From Anaerolineales bacterium (GTDB lineage: Bacteria; Chloroflexota; Anaerolineae; Anaerolineales; UBA4823), in assembly GCA_035286585.1 (NCBI GenBank), contig DATEDC010000067.1, positions 1,272-65,271 of the forward strand: a stretch of DNA of 64,000 bases, given 5' to 3'. The translations under genes and the position numbers were made by a program. The notes below the pieces were generated by a model, which had not been told where the DNA came from, did no database searches, and saw nothing but the letters and a program-made list of their open reading frames with translations. Every line of letters begins with the position of its first letter. Position 1 is the stretch's first letter. Below, one piece after another: positions 47,407 through 56,411 of this stretch.

Positions 47407-50043
47407 TTAATTCCCAATCCGCTTGCTGAACGGCAGGCAGTTGGCAAAACGGGCGCTCACCACAATCTCCTGCCCGGCGGACATATTCGGCTGCCGATCG
47501 AACAGGAATGTCATCTGGCGGGCGCTGAACACACCGCTCCACAATGGGCTGGGGTTGACTACATCCAGGTAGCCCAGGCTGGCAGGGTAATAAAAGCTGT
47601 TGCCGATCGGGTTATTGCCGAACACGATGCTTTCCAGGGCTGCATTGTTAGTAGTCGGCCAAAACACCGTCACTTCAAGCAAGTTGGTCGTGTTGGGATC
47701 CGTATTCTGCAGCTCCCAGATCAACTTTTTGTTGTCGTTGCCAGTGCCAAAATATGGATCGGAGGCTGCTGTCGGACATATCCAGGCGGTAATGGTTGCG
47801 ATGTGGCGATCGTAGGTAGAGCTGCGGGTAGCGTTCACCGGCGTGCCCATGAAAACATCTACGGTCTCATTCCCCTCACCCAGCTCTTCATCGTGAATGA
47901 CCTGGATAGTGATCGTAGCCTCGGTGCTGCCGGCGGGAATAAACACCGTGTCGCTTGGCGAGATAGTGTAATCAGCGCCTGGCGTGGCTGAACCGCCCAC
48001 CGAGAACGGCACGGTAACATCCCGACCGGACACGGGGCTCAGCCGGACGGTGATGAGCATCTGCCCAACGTCCTCCATCCCGGATTGGGAGGGGGAGGTG
48101 AAATACACCAGCGGAGGCGCTTCGTCATCCAAAATTGTAATCGTGTGCACGCTGGGAGAACCGAGGGTGACGTTGCTGGGCGGGCCCATGGTGAGAATAA
48201 CGGTTTCATCGTCCTCGTCCAGGGCATCGTTGACTACAATGACAGATATACTGCCCGTGGCGCTGCCCGCCGGGATCGAAATTTGCCCAGAGGTGACAGT
48301 ATAGTCCGCCCCATTTGCAGCCGTGCCGCTCAGGCTGAAAGGCACGACCACATTTTGGTAGTAAGCCGAGCTGAGCTGTGCGACCACGCTCAGTGTGCCA
48401 ATGCCTTCAGACTCAGCCTGACTGACCCGGGCGAACGAAACCGTTGGCGGCACAGGCGAGGCAGTGACCGTAAGGGTATGCTCACCCGGCGCTCCCAGGG
48501 TGGCGTTCAGCGGGGCGCCCATCGTTAAGATAATGGTTTCTTCCGTTTCATAATTGTCACCATTGTTTATGATGGTCACCGCTATGCTGGCGGTAGTCTG
48601 TCCCGCCGGAATCACCACTAAACCTGGCGGGAGGCTGTAATCCACTCCCCCCTCTGCGGTGCCCCCAAGCGTGTAAGGAACCTCTACCTGCTTGCCAGAA
48701 GGGGCGCTCAGGCTCACCTCTATATACACCGTACCGGCATTTTCGGGCGCCTCAGAGGCCTCCCAGGTGAAATAAACTAACGGCGGGGCGTCGTTATCGA
48801 TGATCGTGGCTGTATGTACATTGGCAGCCCCCTTAAAGGCGTTCACCGGCTCGCCCATCACAAGCATAAAATTTTCATCCTCTTCGTCGATCGCATCAAA
48901 GCTCGTGGTAAATAAAATCAGCTTGCTGGTTTCACCCGGCGCAAAAGTTACCGGGCTGGAGGTGTTGAGCACATAATCCCCACCCAGGGTCGCGGTGCTG
49001 CTAATCACGTCCGCGCTGAATGGAACCGTTACCGTTCTGCCTGAGGGGTTGCTGAGATCCACCCTGACAAAGGCGCTGACCCCATCCACGCCATCGTCCT
49101 CTTGCAAATTCTGGGTCTCCGGAATGAAATCTGCGGTGGGAGGGTCGTCATCATCGGCGATAGTGATCAAATGGGTATCCGGTGAACCGATGTTGCCGTT
49201 ATCGACATTGACAATTCGCAGCAGCACGGTTTCATCGTCTTCATCGGTCAGGTCCGGGACGATGGTGACAGACACGGCGGCGCTCACATCTCCAGCCAGG
49301 ATTACAACCGGGCTGGCGGTATCCAGGCTGAAATCGCCGCCGGCTGCTGCGGAGCTGGCGCCGGCATCCAGGTTAAAATGGACGGTCACATTGCTGGCCG
49401 TCGGTCCGCTCAGGCGGAGCTGAACGTTCACCACGCGCGGCGTGCCCGGGTCACCTGGGTCGCCTTCATCGACGGTTTGCTCTGCGGGGGAAAAAGATAC
49501 GCTCACGCTGCCTGAGGGGGCAGGCGGCGTGCCCTGAATAGAAATATCTTTCAGTATCGTGCGCGCCGAGGTGGACATAATTGGGAAGGAGGGGATGCGC
49601 AGTAACGGGAGCAAGGGTCGATACAGCGCTAAAACAGACACCACCACCCGGTGACCAAGCTCCACATTGGCAGGACCGTAGCCGTTCGCCGGGCAGTTCC
49701 CAAAGGCATGAGCGGGATCGCCATCATCGTAATTGATGCTGATGTCCCCATTTTCGATCCCTACCAGCGTGCCCATCCTGCGGGCGGCAGCGCGCATCCC
49801 ATCACAGTCGCGATAATGCGGGATGTAATTGCCCACATTGCCGGCAGCGGACCCGTAGCGGGCAGCTTCACGGCTGGAGGTGAAAACCATGCTGTAGATG
49901 AAGAGCAGGCGACCGAACTCGATCAGGGCAAACATCACTAAGAGCAGCAATGGAAGCACCAGGGCAAACTCAACCAGACCCTGGGCTCGCTCGTGTTTAT
50001 CCAACCTTCTCATGAGAGCACCTGTTTTAGCCAATATATTCAT
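47407..50043 (-). CDS. TadE-like N-terminal domain fused to five Calx-beta repeats and a unique about 125-aa C-terminal domain
   Basis: HERAQGLVEFALVLPLLLLVMFALIEFG TadE motif (an alternative ATG at 50013 gives a 12-aa leader). Five segments of about 110 aa each carry the Calx-beta pattern (V.F....V.E..G...V.V.LS......V.VP....G.TA..G.DY......V.I.AG........V...D...E..E...L.M). Confidence 0.8.
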   Translation of the reverse strand: MNILAKTGALMRRLDKHERAQGLVEFALVLPLLLLVMFALIEFGRLLFIYSMVFTSSREAARYGSAAGNVGNYIPHYRDCDGMRAAARRMGTLVGIENGDISINYDDGDPAHAFGNCPANGYGPANVELGHRVVVSVLALYRPLLPLLRIPSFPIMSTSARTILKDISIQGTPPAPSGSVSVSFSPAEQTVDEGDPGDPGTPRVVNVQLRLSGPTASNVTVHFNLDAGASSAAAGGDFSLDTASPVVILAGDVSAAVSVTIVPDLTDEDDETVLLRIVNVDNGNIGSPDTHLITIADDDDPPTADFIPETQNLQEDDGVDGVSAFVRVDLSNPSGRTVTVPFSADVISSTATLGGDYVLNTSSPVTFAPGETSKLILFTTSFDAIDEEDENFMLVMGEPVNAFKGAANVHTATIIDNDAPPLVYFTWEASEAPENAGTVYIEVSLSAPSGKQVEVPYTLGGTAEGGVDYSLPPGLVVIPAGQTTASIAVTIINNGDNYETEETIILTMGAPLNATLGAPGEHTLTVTASPVPPTVSFARVSQAESEGIGTLSVVAQLSSAYYQNVVVPFSLSGTAANGADYTVTSGQISIPAGSATGSISVIVVNDALDEDDETVILTMGPPSNVTLGSPSVHTITILDDEAPPLVYFTSPSQSGMEDVGQMLITVRLSPVSGRDVTVPFSVGGSATPGADYTISPSDTVFIPAGSTEATITIQVIHDEELGEGNETVDVFMGTPVNATRSSTYDRHIATITAWICPTAASDPYFGTGNDNKKLIWELQNTDPNTTNLLEVTVFWPTTNNAALESIVFGNNPIGNSFYYPASLGYLDVVNPSPLWSGVFSARQMTFLFDRQPNMSAGQEIVVSARFANCLPFSKRIGN

Positions 50044-50463
50044 TTATATATGCCTGAATGACTAATTTTTCACATTTTTATGCCACTGAAAAGCAAAAAC
50101 CGCCTCCGACCTGTATCGATTATAACGACGCTCATGCAACACTGCTACACAAAAATTGTAAGCCTATCAAAATTGTATTGTGAGTGATTTTAGCCAAAAC
50201 TATTGTAATCTCTGGCTGCTTTTCAGCCCTCCCCGATCGGGAGCGCCGGTAACATTCCCTCTCAGCCGCTCACAGTTCTTCAGGAATCGTCGCCGCGTTC
50301 ACGGCAATTGCGACAGGCCCCACTCAGAACATCAAAATGCAAACAAAGATGCAAATATTCACGCGCATCCGTGTTTAATTGATTATAGAGCAAATTTTTC
50401 GTTTGGGTGTTTAAGGGTTGATTAACCGGCTACCCATTTTTCCTAGTATGTCCGGGGGCCCTA

Positions 50464-51621
50464 CTAGGGACGGCGAGTCGGGCTGGGGAGAGGCCGCCGC
50501 GTCTTGGTGGGCTTGGGCTCTTCCTCGGTAGGCTGCTCCGTGGGCTGCTCCGTGGGCTGCGGCGTGCTGACTGCCTGCCGGGTAGCTGAGGGAACGGGGG
50601 TAGAAGATGGCAGCCAGGTGGGACTTGGCGTCAGTGTATAGGTTCCAGTGGGCGTCAAGGTGGGCGTCAAAGTAGGCGTACCGGTAAGCGTGCTCGTGGA
50701 GGTGGCGGTTGAGGTTTCCGTTGGTGTGGGAGTAGCAATAGCTTCTACCTGAGATGGCTCCTGCGTAGGCGAGCCAGTGGGAACCCCAATCGAATCCAGA
50801 ACCCCCTGCACCGAGGAGCTCCCACCTTGGGCGACCGTCACCGCCCTGGTAATCTCGCTCTTTAGCTGGGTTGGGATCAGCTCGGCCAGAACCTGGAGGC
50901 TGGCGACATGGCTGGCAAGAGCGCTCTGAAATACTACTGCCAGCTCACTGGCCTGGGCTGCATTGCGTCTCGATAGTTGATCGAGCAGTGTCACTGCCCG
51001 AACAATGTGGTTTTCAAAGCGATTCACTGTTGCGCCGATAAATTCATAGCGCCCCTCCAGGAACAGGCCTTGAATCTCAACTATACGCCGGGCGGAGAAC
51101 TCGATGTGCAGGCGAATATCACCCGCCATGCCCGGACTGAAAAACAGCTCCACCCCCTCGAGCGTTGTTTTTAGCGGGTACAACTGGTCGCCGGGTAAAG
51201 CATCCTGGGCGGCAAAAGCAACCCCTGTTCCACCAGTAAACATGGTGAGGAGAAGAACAAACACCAGCGCGATCTGCAGGGCAAAGCGCCGGCGCGCCGG
51301 GGCGCCTGACGGCACGATCTGGCTCCAGATATGCTTTAGCCAGCCTATCACCTGCTGGCTGACTGGCAGCGCTGAGGCTGCCTGCTCCTGCTGCAAACGA
51401 TACACCAGGCGCTGGCGAGAAGCGCTCACAAACCCGGGACGCGACTCCAGATCGCTGCGCCTGGCAGCCAACCACAGCGCGGCCTCCAGGCGAGGGCGCA
51501 GCTCGTCAGCCGCTTCCGGATAGCGAGCCAGAGCTTCTTCAATGGAAACATCCCCGCTCTGGACCAGTTCCAGGCAGGATTGCAAGACAAGCTCCAGCTC
51601 ATTCAGGCGATCAGACATCAA
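50464..51621 (-). CDS. Membrane anti-sigma-like protein with DUF5667-type domain and Thr/Pro-rich tail (paralogue of 37109-38413)
   Basis: Same architecture and collinear similarity (LESCLELVQSG..., ALPGDQLYPLKTTLEGVELFF). Overlaps the sigma gene by 4 nt. Confidence 0.7.
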   Translation of the reverse strand: MMSDRLNELELVLQSCLELVQSGDVSIEEALARYPEAADELRPRLEAALWLAARRSDLESRPGFVSASRQRLVYRLQQEQAASALPVSQQVIGWLKHIWSQIVPSGAPARRRFALQIALVFVLLLTMFTGGTGVAFAAQDALPGDQLYPLKTTLEGVELFFSPGMAGDIRLHIEFSARRIVEIQGLFLEGRYEFIGATVNRFENHIVRAVTLLDQLSRRNAAQASELAVVFQSALASHVASLQVLAELIPTQLKSEITRAVTVAQGGSSSVQGVLDSIGVPTGSPTQEPSQVEAIATPTPTETSTATSTSTLTGTPTLTPTLTPTGTYTLTPSPTWLPSSTPVPSATRQAVSTPQPTEQPTEQPTEEEPKPTKTRRPLPSPTRRP

Positions 51622-52184
51622 TCAAACCCTACCGCGCCCTCCATCAAGCTTCGCAGAGCAATCAGAGCCCTGTGCTGCAGAACGCGTACAGCTCCCGAGC
51701 TACGGCCCATCGCTTGCGCCGTCTCCTCTGGAGATAATTCACCAAGATATCGTAACACCAAAACCGTGCGATAGTCCTCACGCAACTTCTCCAATGTCTG
51801 GCGCAGTTTCTGGTGTTCCAGGTCAATCATCACGGCTTCCACCGGTCCTGGACTGTGATCCTTGAGAGGCAGGTCCTCCAAGGCCACATCCCTTTTTAAA
51901 CCACCTGACCGGCGATAATGATCGATCAGGGCGTTTCGCGCAACGCGAAACAGAAACGCAAGAAACGGAACGCCCTGTTCGCGATAACCAGATAAGGATT
52001 TCCACACCCGCAAGAAGACATCTTCGGTTAGATCCTCGGCATCCAGGCGATCATCCAGGTGAGCATATAAAAAGCGAAATACTCTCCCTGCATAGCGCTC
52101 GTATAATTCGCCGAACGCCTCAGCGTCGCCGCTTTGCGCGGCTATCAGCAGTTGAATGTCATCAACTCGTTGCCAGTCTGACAT
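51618..52184 (-). CDS. ECF-family RNA polymerase sigma-70 factor (paralogue of 36540-37094)
   Basis: YERYAGRVFRFLYAHL, DAEDLTEDVFLRVW, LSPEETAQAMGRSSGAVRVLQHRAL. Roughly two-thirds identical to the other ECF sigma by eye. Confidence 0.9.
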   Translation of the reverse strand: MSDWQRVDDIQLLIAAQSGDAEAFGELYERYAGRVFRFLYAHLDDRLDAEDLTEDVFLRVWKSLSGYREQGVPFLAFLFRVARNALIDHYRRSGGLKRDVALEDLPLKDHSPGPVEAVMIDLEHQKLRQTLEKLREDYRTVLVLRYLGELSPEETAQAMGRSSGAVRVLQHRALIALRSLMEGAVGFD

Positions 52185-52201
52185 CAAATGCTATCCCATA
52201 A

Positions 52202-52226
52202 AACGTTTCCACAGGTTTAATGTTAC
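52202..52226 (-). promoter_or_regulatory. ECF-type promoter-like motif GTAAC-N16-CGTT
   Basis: Minus strand GTAAC 52226-52222 and CGTT 52205-52202, 17 nt before the ATG at 52184. Confidence 0.5.
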
Positions 52227-52542
52227 ATTGGTCGATTGATTGTCAGGATTTTATACACTTCCAGCAATTATGCTTAAGAGATGCTTAAGCCTCAGATATC
52301 CCTGGCGCCTTTCCAGGGTTCCAAACGTATTATATAGCATTAAACTACCCAGACGGATTCCCCTAACACGGTTGATAATCCTATTGACCTGCAGATAACC
52401 TGGTTATCAACGTTCCGCAGGTTTATGCTCAATCAGGCTTGTTTTAGGGAACCCGCGGGACGTTTTGCACTGAAGAGCTTAAGCCATCTCGATGAATATC
52501 CATAGCGTCTGATAGAATTACCCCCAGTGGTCAATAATCCTG

Positions 52543-53943
52543 ATGACAAGCTTAAGACCACAGCAAAATAACGCCCCCATGACCCCGGATCAAAACCACC
52601 TTCCAGCCCGGCGATCCGCCCCCGCAGCCAAAACGTACTCTCTGCCCGGTCATTTGAGGTCGCTGATCGGCGCTCTATCGAGCACGGGGGCTCGGGAGGG
52701 CTACCTGGCAGCCGCAGACCAGGCGGTGATCAGCGCCTCCAACTTCATGGCGACGATCATTCTCGCCCGCGGAGTAACTCCCACTGAACTGGGAATGTAC
52801 GGAGTCGGTTTCACCGCCCTGCGCCTGGTGCGCTCGGTGCAGGAGGGCCTGGTCATCCAGCCGTTGAACGTGTTTGGGGCTTCCTTGGACGAGAACGGAT
52901 TCAGACCTTACGCCGCCAGCACAAGCCTGATCCAGCTCGGGCTGGCACTGACAACGTCTGCGCTGGCGGCGTTCGGCGGATGGCTGCTCAGCGAGTTGGG
53001 CAACGACACAGCAGGCCCGGCGCTGTTCGCCCTTTGGTTTTCGTTTCTCTGGTGGCAGTTGCAGGAACATATCCGCCGCCTGCTGTATACACGCGGCGCA
53101 GTGTTCCACGCCCTGGTCAACACGGTCATTGCCAACGCGGTAAGACTGCTGCTGCTGATCTGGTGGGCCTGGCAAGCTGAGCTGAGCGGCACCGGCGGTC
53201 TGCACGCTATCGGCTGGGGTTCGCTGGCTGCTCTGGCGCCCGGATTGTGGCTCACGCGCAAAGCCTGGGCGGGCAAACCGCACAACCTGATTGAAACATG
53301 GAAGCGCAACTGGGGATTCGGGCGCTGGATCATGGGCAGCTCCCTGGCAAACTGGCTGGCTGTTGAGTTCTATCCCGTCTTGACCGCGGGCATGATCAGT
53401 TTTGCCGCGGCTGGCGCCTACCGGGCTTTGCAAAATATCGTCGCGCCGGTTCATCTGCTCTTGCGCGCCATCGACACCTTCTTAACCCCGCGGGCCTCCC
53501 GGCTGTACGAGCAGATCGGTCTTCCCGCCCTGGGGCGAACTTTGAAGCTGATCTACATCGCAAGCGGGGCGCCCATTCTAGGGCTGCTCAGCCTGGCGGT
53601 GCTTTTTCCAGGTCAACTACTCAAGGCGCTTTATGGGGAGACCTACCTGGCTTACCAGGATGGGATTGCACTGATGGCTTTGTTTTACGCCCTCCTGTTC
53701 GCCTACTCTCCGCTACAAACCGCATTCAAAGCAGCGCGCTTCTCACGGCCGATTTTCATCGCCAACCTGGCGGCGATAGCGGTCATGTTCAGCGTGGGGA
53801 TTTGGGCAATCCTGCGCTGGGGCGTTTACGGGACCATCGCCGGTCAGGGGTTGAACGCCCTGGTGGTAAGCCTCATCCTGTGGACATCCTGGCTCAGGGG
53901 AAAATCCCGCGGCTTGCAGACTCGCCAGCGCCCCCCTGATTAA
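52543..53943 (+). CDS. Polysaccharide/oligosaccharide flippase (MOP/Wzx-like), start uncertain
   Basis: 466 aa with about 12-14 TM helices and loop pattern typical of Wzx-type flippases. Neighbours are glycopolymer genes. No clear RBS at either candidate ATG. Confidence 0.65.
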   Translation: MTSLRPQQNNAPMTPDQNHLPARRSAPAAKTYSLPGHLRSLIGALSSTGAREGYLAAADQAVISASNFMATIILARGVTPTELGMYGVGFTALRLVRSVQEGLVIQPLNVFGASLDENGFRPYAASTSLIQLGLALTTSALAAFGGWLLSELGNDTAGPALFALWFSFLWWQLQEHIRRLLYTRGAVFHALVNTVIANAVRLLLLIWWAWQAELSGTGGLHAIGWGSLAALAPGLWLTRKAWAGKPHNLIETWKRNWGFGRWIMGSSLANWLAVEFYPVLTAGMISFAAAGAYRALQNIVAPVHLLLRAIDTFLTPRASRLYEQIGLPALGRTLKLIYIASGAPILGLLSLAVLFPGQLLKALYGETYLAYQDGIALMALFYALLFAYSPLQTAFKAARFSRPIFIANLAAIAVMFSVGIWAILRWGVYGTIAGQGLNALVVSLILWTSWLRGKSRGLQTRQRPPD

Positions 53944-55077
53944 TTACCTTGGGCGGCTGGCGCGCCCAAACCTGACCAGACCCCTGGGCAGCCGGCCGTT
54001 CCATCCTTTTTGCCAGCGATACCAGAAAGCCAGCAGAAAAGCGAGCAATATTAACTTAAGGTCAAACGCCAGGCTGGCGTGCTGAATGTAAAGGCGGTCG
54101 AAGCGCAGCTTCTGCCGCGGGGTGAGATAATAATCTCCGACCACCTGGGCCAGCCCGGCCAAACCCGGCAATACCCGGTGCCGCTCGGCATATTCAGGCA
54201 TCTTTTCCAGGTAGCCGCGCACCAGGACCGTCCGCTGCGGGCGAGGGCCGACAAAACTCATCTCGCCAGACAAGATGTTGATCAGTTGCGGCAGCTCGTC
54301 CAGAGCGGTTTTGCGCAATATACGCCCCACGACCAGCACGCGCCCATCCGCTTCGCCGGACATGACCGGCCCGGTGAAACGCTCGGCGGCCCGCTCCATC
54401 GTGCGGAACTTGAACTGGTGAAAGCTGAGCCCGCCTTTGCCGACCGAATTCTTAATAAATAGCAGGGGGCCGGGGTCCTCGAACCAGATCAGAAAGCTGC
54501 ACGCCAGCCAGAGCGGCGAAAATAACACCAACCCAAGCGCAGCCGTAAAGATATCGAAAAAGCGCTTCCAAAGCGGCGCTGGTCTCGGCAGGCCAATGAC
54601 CTCAAGATGAGCCTGGTGGACATCCTGGCGGATACGCTCCGAGGGAGGCGAATTGTTCTCCCACAAGGTTTCGTTCAAGGCGGTTGTCAACAGCCCGCCG
54701 AAAAACGACCCCAATACAGCAGGGGCCAACCAGATCATTTCGAGCGCTGGGGTGCGAGAGATGCGCAGAATCAGCCATTGGACAGCGATCACCCCCGCCG
54801 AAATCAGGAAGGCAAGCCGGTAGCGCCAGGCCAGGCGCAAGGGTAAGCCCGCTATAACGCGCTCGAATGACCTGGTCAGCAGAGCCGGTAATACCAGCAG
54901 CCCCATCAGATCCAGCCAGCCGCCATCCCGGCTTACCCGCTGCAGGTACAGCCAGAGCACTCCCACGAACCCCACGGACAACAGCGCATAAACAGCAGTT
55001 TCCAGAACATCATGCCTGGGGAAAGCGCCTGTCCGTTCTTCAGTTGCCGGCGGGTTGTGCTTGGACATCGCGGGCAA
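53944..55077 (-). CDS. Undecaprenyl-phosphate sugar phosphotransferase (bacterial sugar transferase family)
   Basis: C-terminal FKFRTM...DELPQLINILSGEMSFVGPRP...PGLAGLAQV motif set after N-terminal TM helices. Confidence 0.9.
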   Translation of the reverse strand: MPAMSKHNPPATEERTGAFPRHDVLETAVYALLSVGFVGVLWLYLQRVSRDGGWLDLMGLLVLPALLTRSFERVIAGLPLRLAWRYRLAFLISAGVIAVQWLILRISRTPALEMIWLAPAVLGSFFGGLLTTALNETLWENNSPPSERIRQDVHQAHLEVIGLPRPAPLWKRFFDIFTAALGLVLFSPLWLACSFLIWFEDPGPLLFIKNSVGKGGLSFHQFKFRTMERAAERFTGPVMSGEADGRVLVVGRILRKTALDELPQLINILSGEMSFVGPRPQRTVLVRGYLEKMPEYAERHRVLPGLAGLAQVVGDYYLTPRQKLRFDRLYIQHASLAFDLKLILLAFLLAFWYRWQKGWNGRLPRGLVRFGRASRPR

Positions 55078-55213
55078 TTATACCGTACCGCAGTAGGGGC
55101 ACGGCGTGCCCAAACAAAGCCATAGAAACCTGCACAGTCCGCCGTGGCCCCTACCTATCGCATCCTGCCCTCAGGCAGTGATATAATCCCCCTCGGGCGG
55201 CTGGAGAAAACTC

Positions 55214-56374
55214 ATGCAGAAATCCAGGTTAAAACTGATCGGCCTGATCTCAGGCGCAGTGGGTATCCTCCTGACGATCGCCGGGATGGTGTTCTACCCT
55301 CAACTCCAGCAGCGTTGGAGCGCGCCTTTGGGGCCCGGTTTAGAGCTGCCTACCTACACAGCGACGCTGGCGGGGCAAAGCAGGCTTCAAGCGACAGCCA
55401 GCCCAACCCCTGCAGAGCAGGTTGAGAGCGCCAGCGCAGATCACCCCACGCCCACCTCCGCCCCCCAGCCGCTTGACGCCCTTACGCCCACGCCCAGACC
55501 GCTTTGCGGAGGCCCAGCGCTGATGACTATCCTCGCCATTGGAGCTGATAGCGGCAGCGATTACAAATACGGTCTGGCGGATGTCATCCGCATCGCCCGG
55601 GTGGATTTCGTCACCCCCAAGATCAGCGTGCTCTCCATGCCGCGCGACCTGTGGGTGGAGATACCCGGCATCACCGAGCCATATGGGATAACCCACGGCA
55701 AGCTCAACCAGGCGTATTTTTACGGCGGCCCTGGCATGGGTTATTACAAGGGCCCAGGAGCAGGACCGGGCTTGCTGGCGCGCACGCTGGACCTGAATTT
55801 CGGCCTGCGCGTGGACCACTACGGGGCGGTCAATATGCAGACCTTCGTGAAGATCGTCGACGCGGTTGGGGGTATCGATATCTACCTGCCGAATGACGTC
55901 GACGGGCGCCCTATCGACGACAAAACCGAAGATATGGGCTATTTTTCCGCCGGGCAGCAGCAATTCAACGGCGACCAGGCGCTGCGCTTCGCCCGTATTC
56001 GGAAAAAATACAACGATTTCACCCGCATGGACCACCAAAACATGGTCATTTGCGCTTTGAAAGAGAAAATTACCCGCCCCGCGGTGCTGCCAAAAATCCC
56101 CCAGATCATCGCCGCCTTCCAGGGAGCGGTGCTCACCGACCTGAGCCTGGAGCAAATCAGCCAGCTCGCCTGCCTTGCGCCACGCCTGAAGCGGGAAAAC
56201 ATCCTCTTCACCAGCCTGCCAGAGGAAATCCTCACGCCGGGGCGCGTTTACAGCCCACAGCAAAAAAACGAGACCTTCGTCATGCAGGCCGATTATGAGG
56301 TTATCCGGGATTACACCACGCGCTTCATGGCCGGCACATGGCCCAGCGAGCCAGATGAGCCCACCTGTCCGTAG
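55214..56374 (+). CDS. LytR-CpsA-Psr (LCP) family protein
   Basis: N-terminal TM, then LADVIRIARVD, SMPRDLWVEIPG, KLNQAYFYGG, FNGDQALRFARIRK LCP motifs. Confidence 0.9.
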   Translation: MQKSRLKLIGLISGAVGILLTIAGMVFYPQLQQRWSAPLGPGLELPTYTATLAGQSRLQATASPTPAEQVESASADHPTPTSAPQPLDALTPTPRPLCGGPALMTILAIGADSGSDYKYGLADVIRIARVDFVTPKISVLSMPRDLWVEIPGITEPYGITHGKLNQAYFYGGPGMGYYKGPGAGPGLLARTLDLNFGLRVDHYGAVNMQTFVKIVDAVGGIDIYLPNDVDGRPIDDKTEDMGYFSAGQQQFNGDQALRFARIRKKYNDFTRMDHQNMVICALKEKITRPAVLPKIPQIIAAFQGAVLTDLSLEQISQLACLAPRLKRENILFTSLPEEILTPGRVYSPQQKNETFVMQADYEVIRDYTTRFMAGTWPSEPDEPTCP

Positions 56375-56411
56375 AGATCGCGGTGCAAAGCCATCGCTCC
56401 CGGCCCATCCA

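Noticed and set aside
50044-50463. c-di-GMP or other known riboswitch, or a hidden flp pilin gene, in the long leader
   Set aside because: I could not find GEMM-type conserved blocks (GGCAAACC / GACGCAAAGCC). The only ORFs are 10-14 codons without a G/xxxxEY-type pilin motif.
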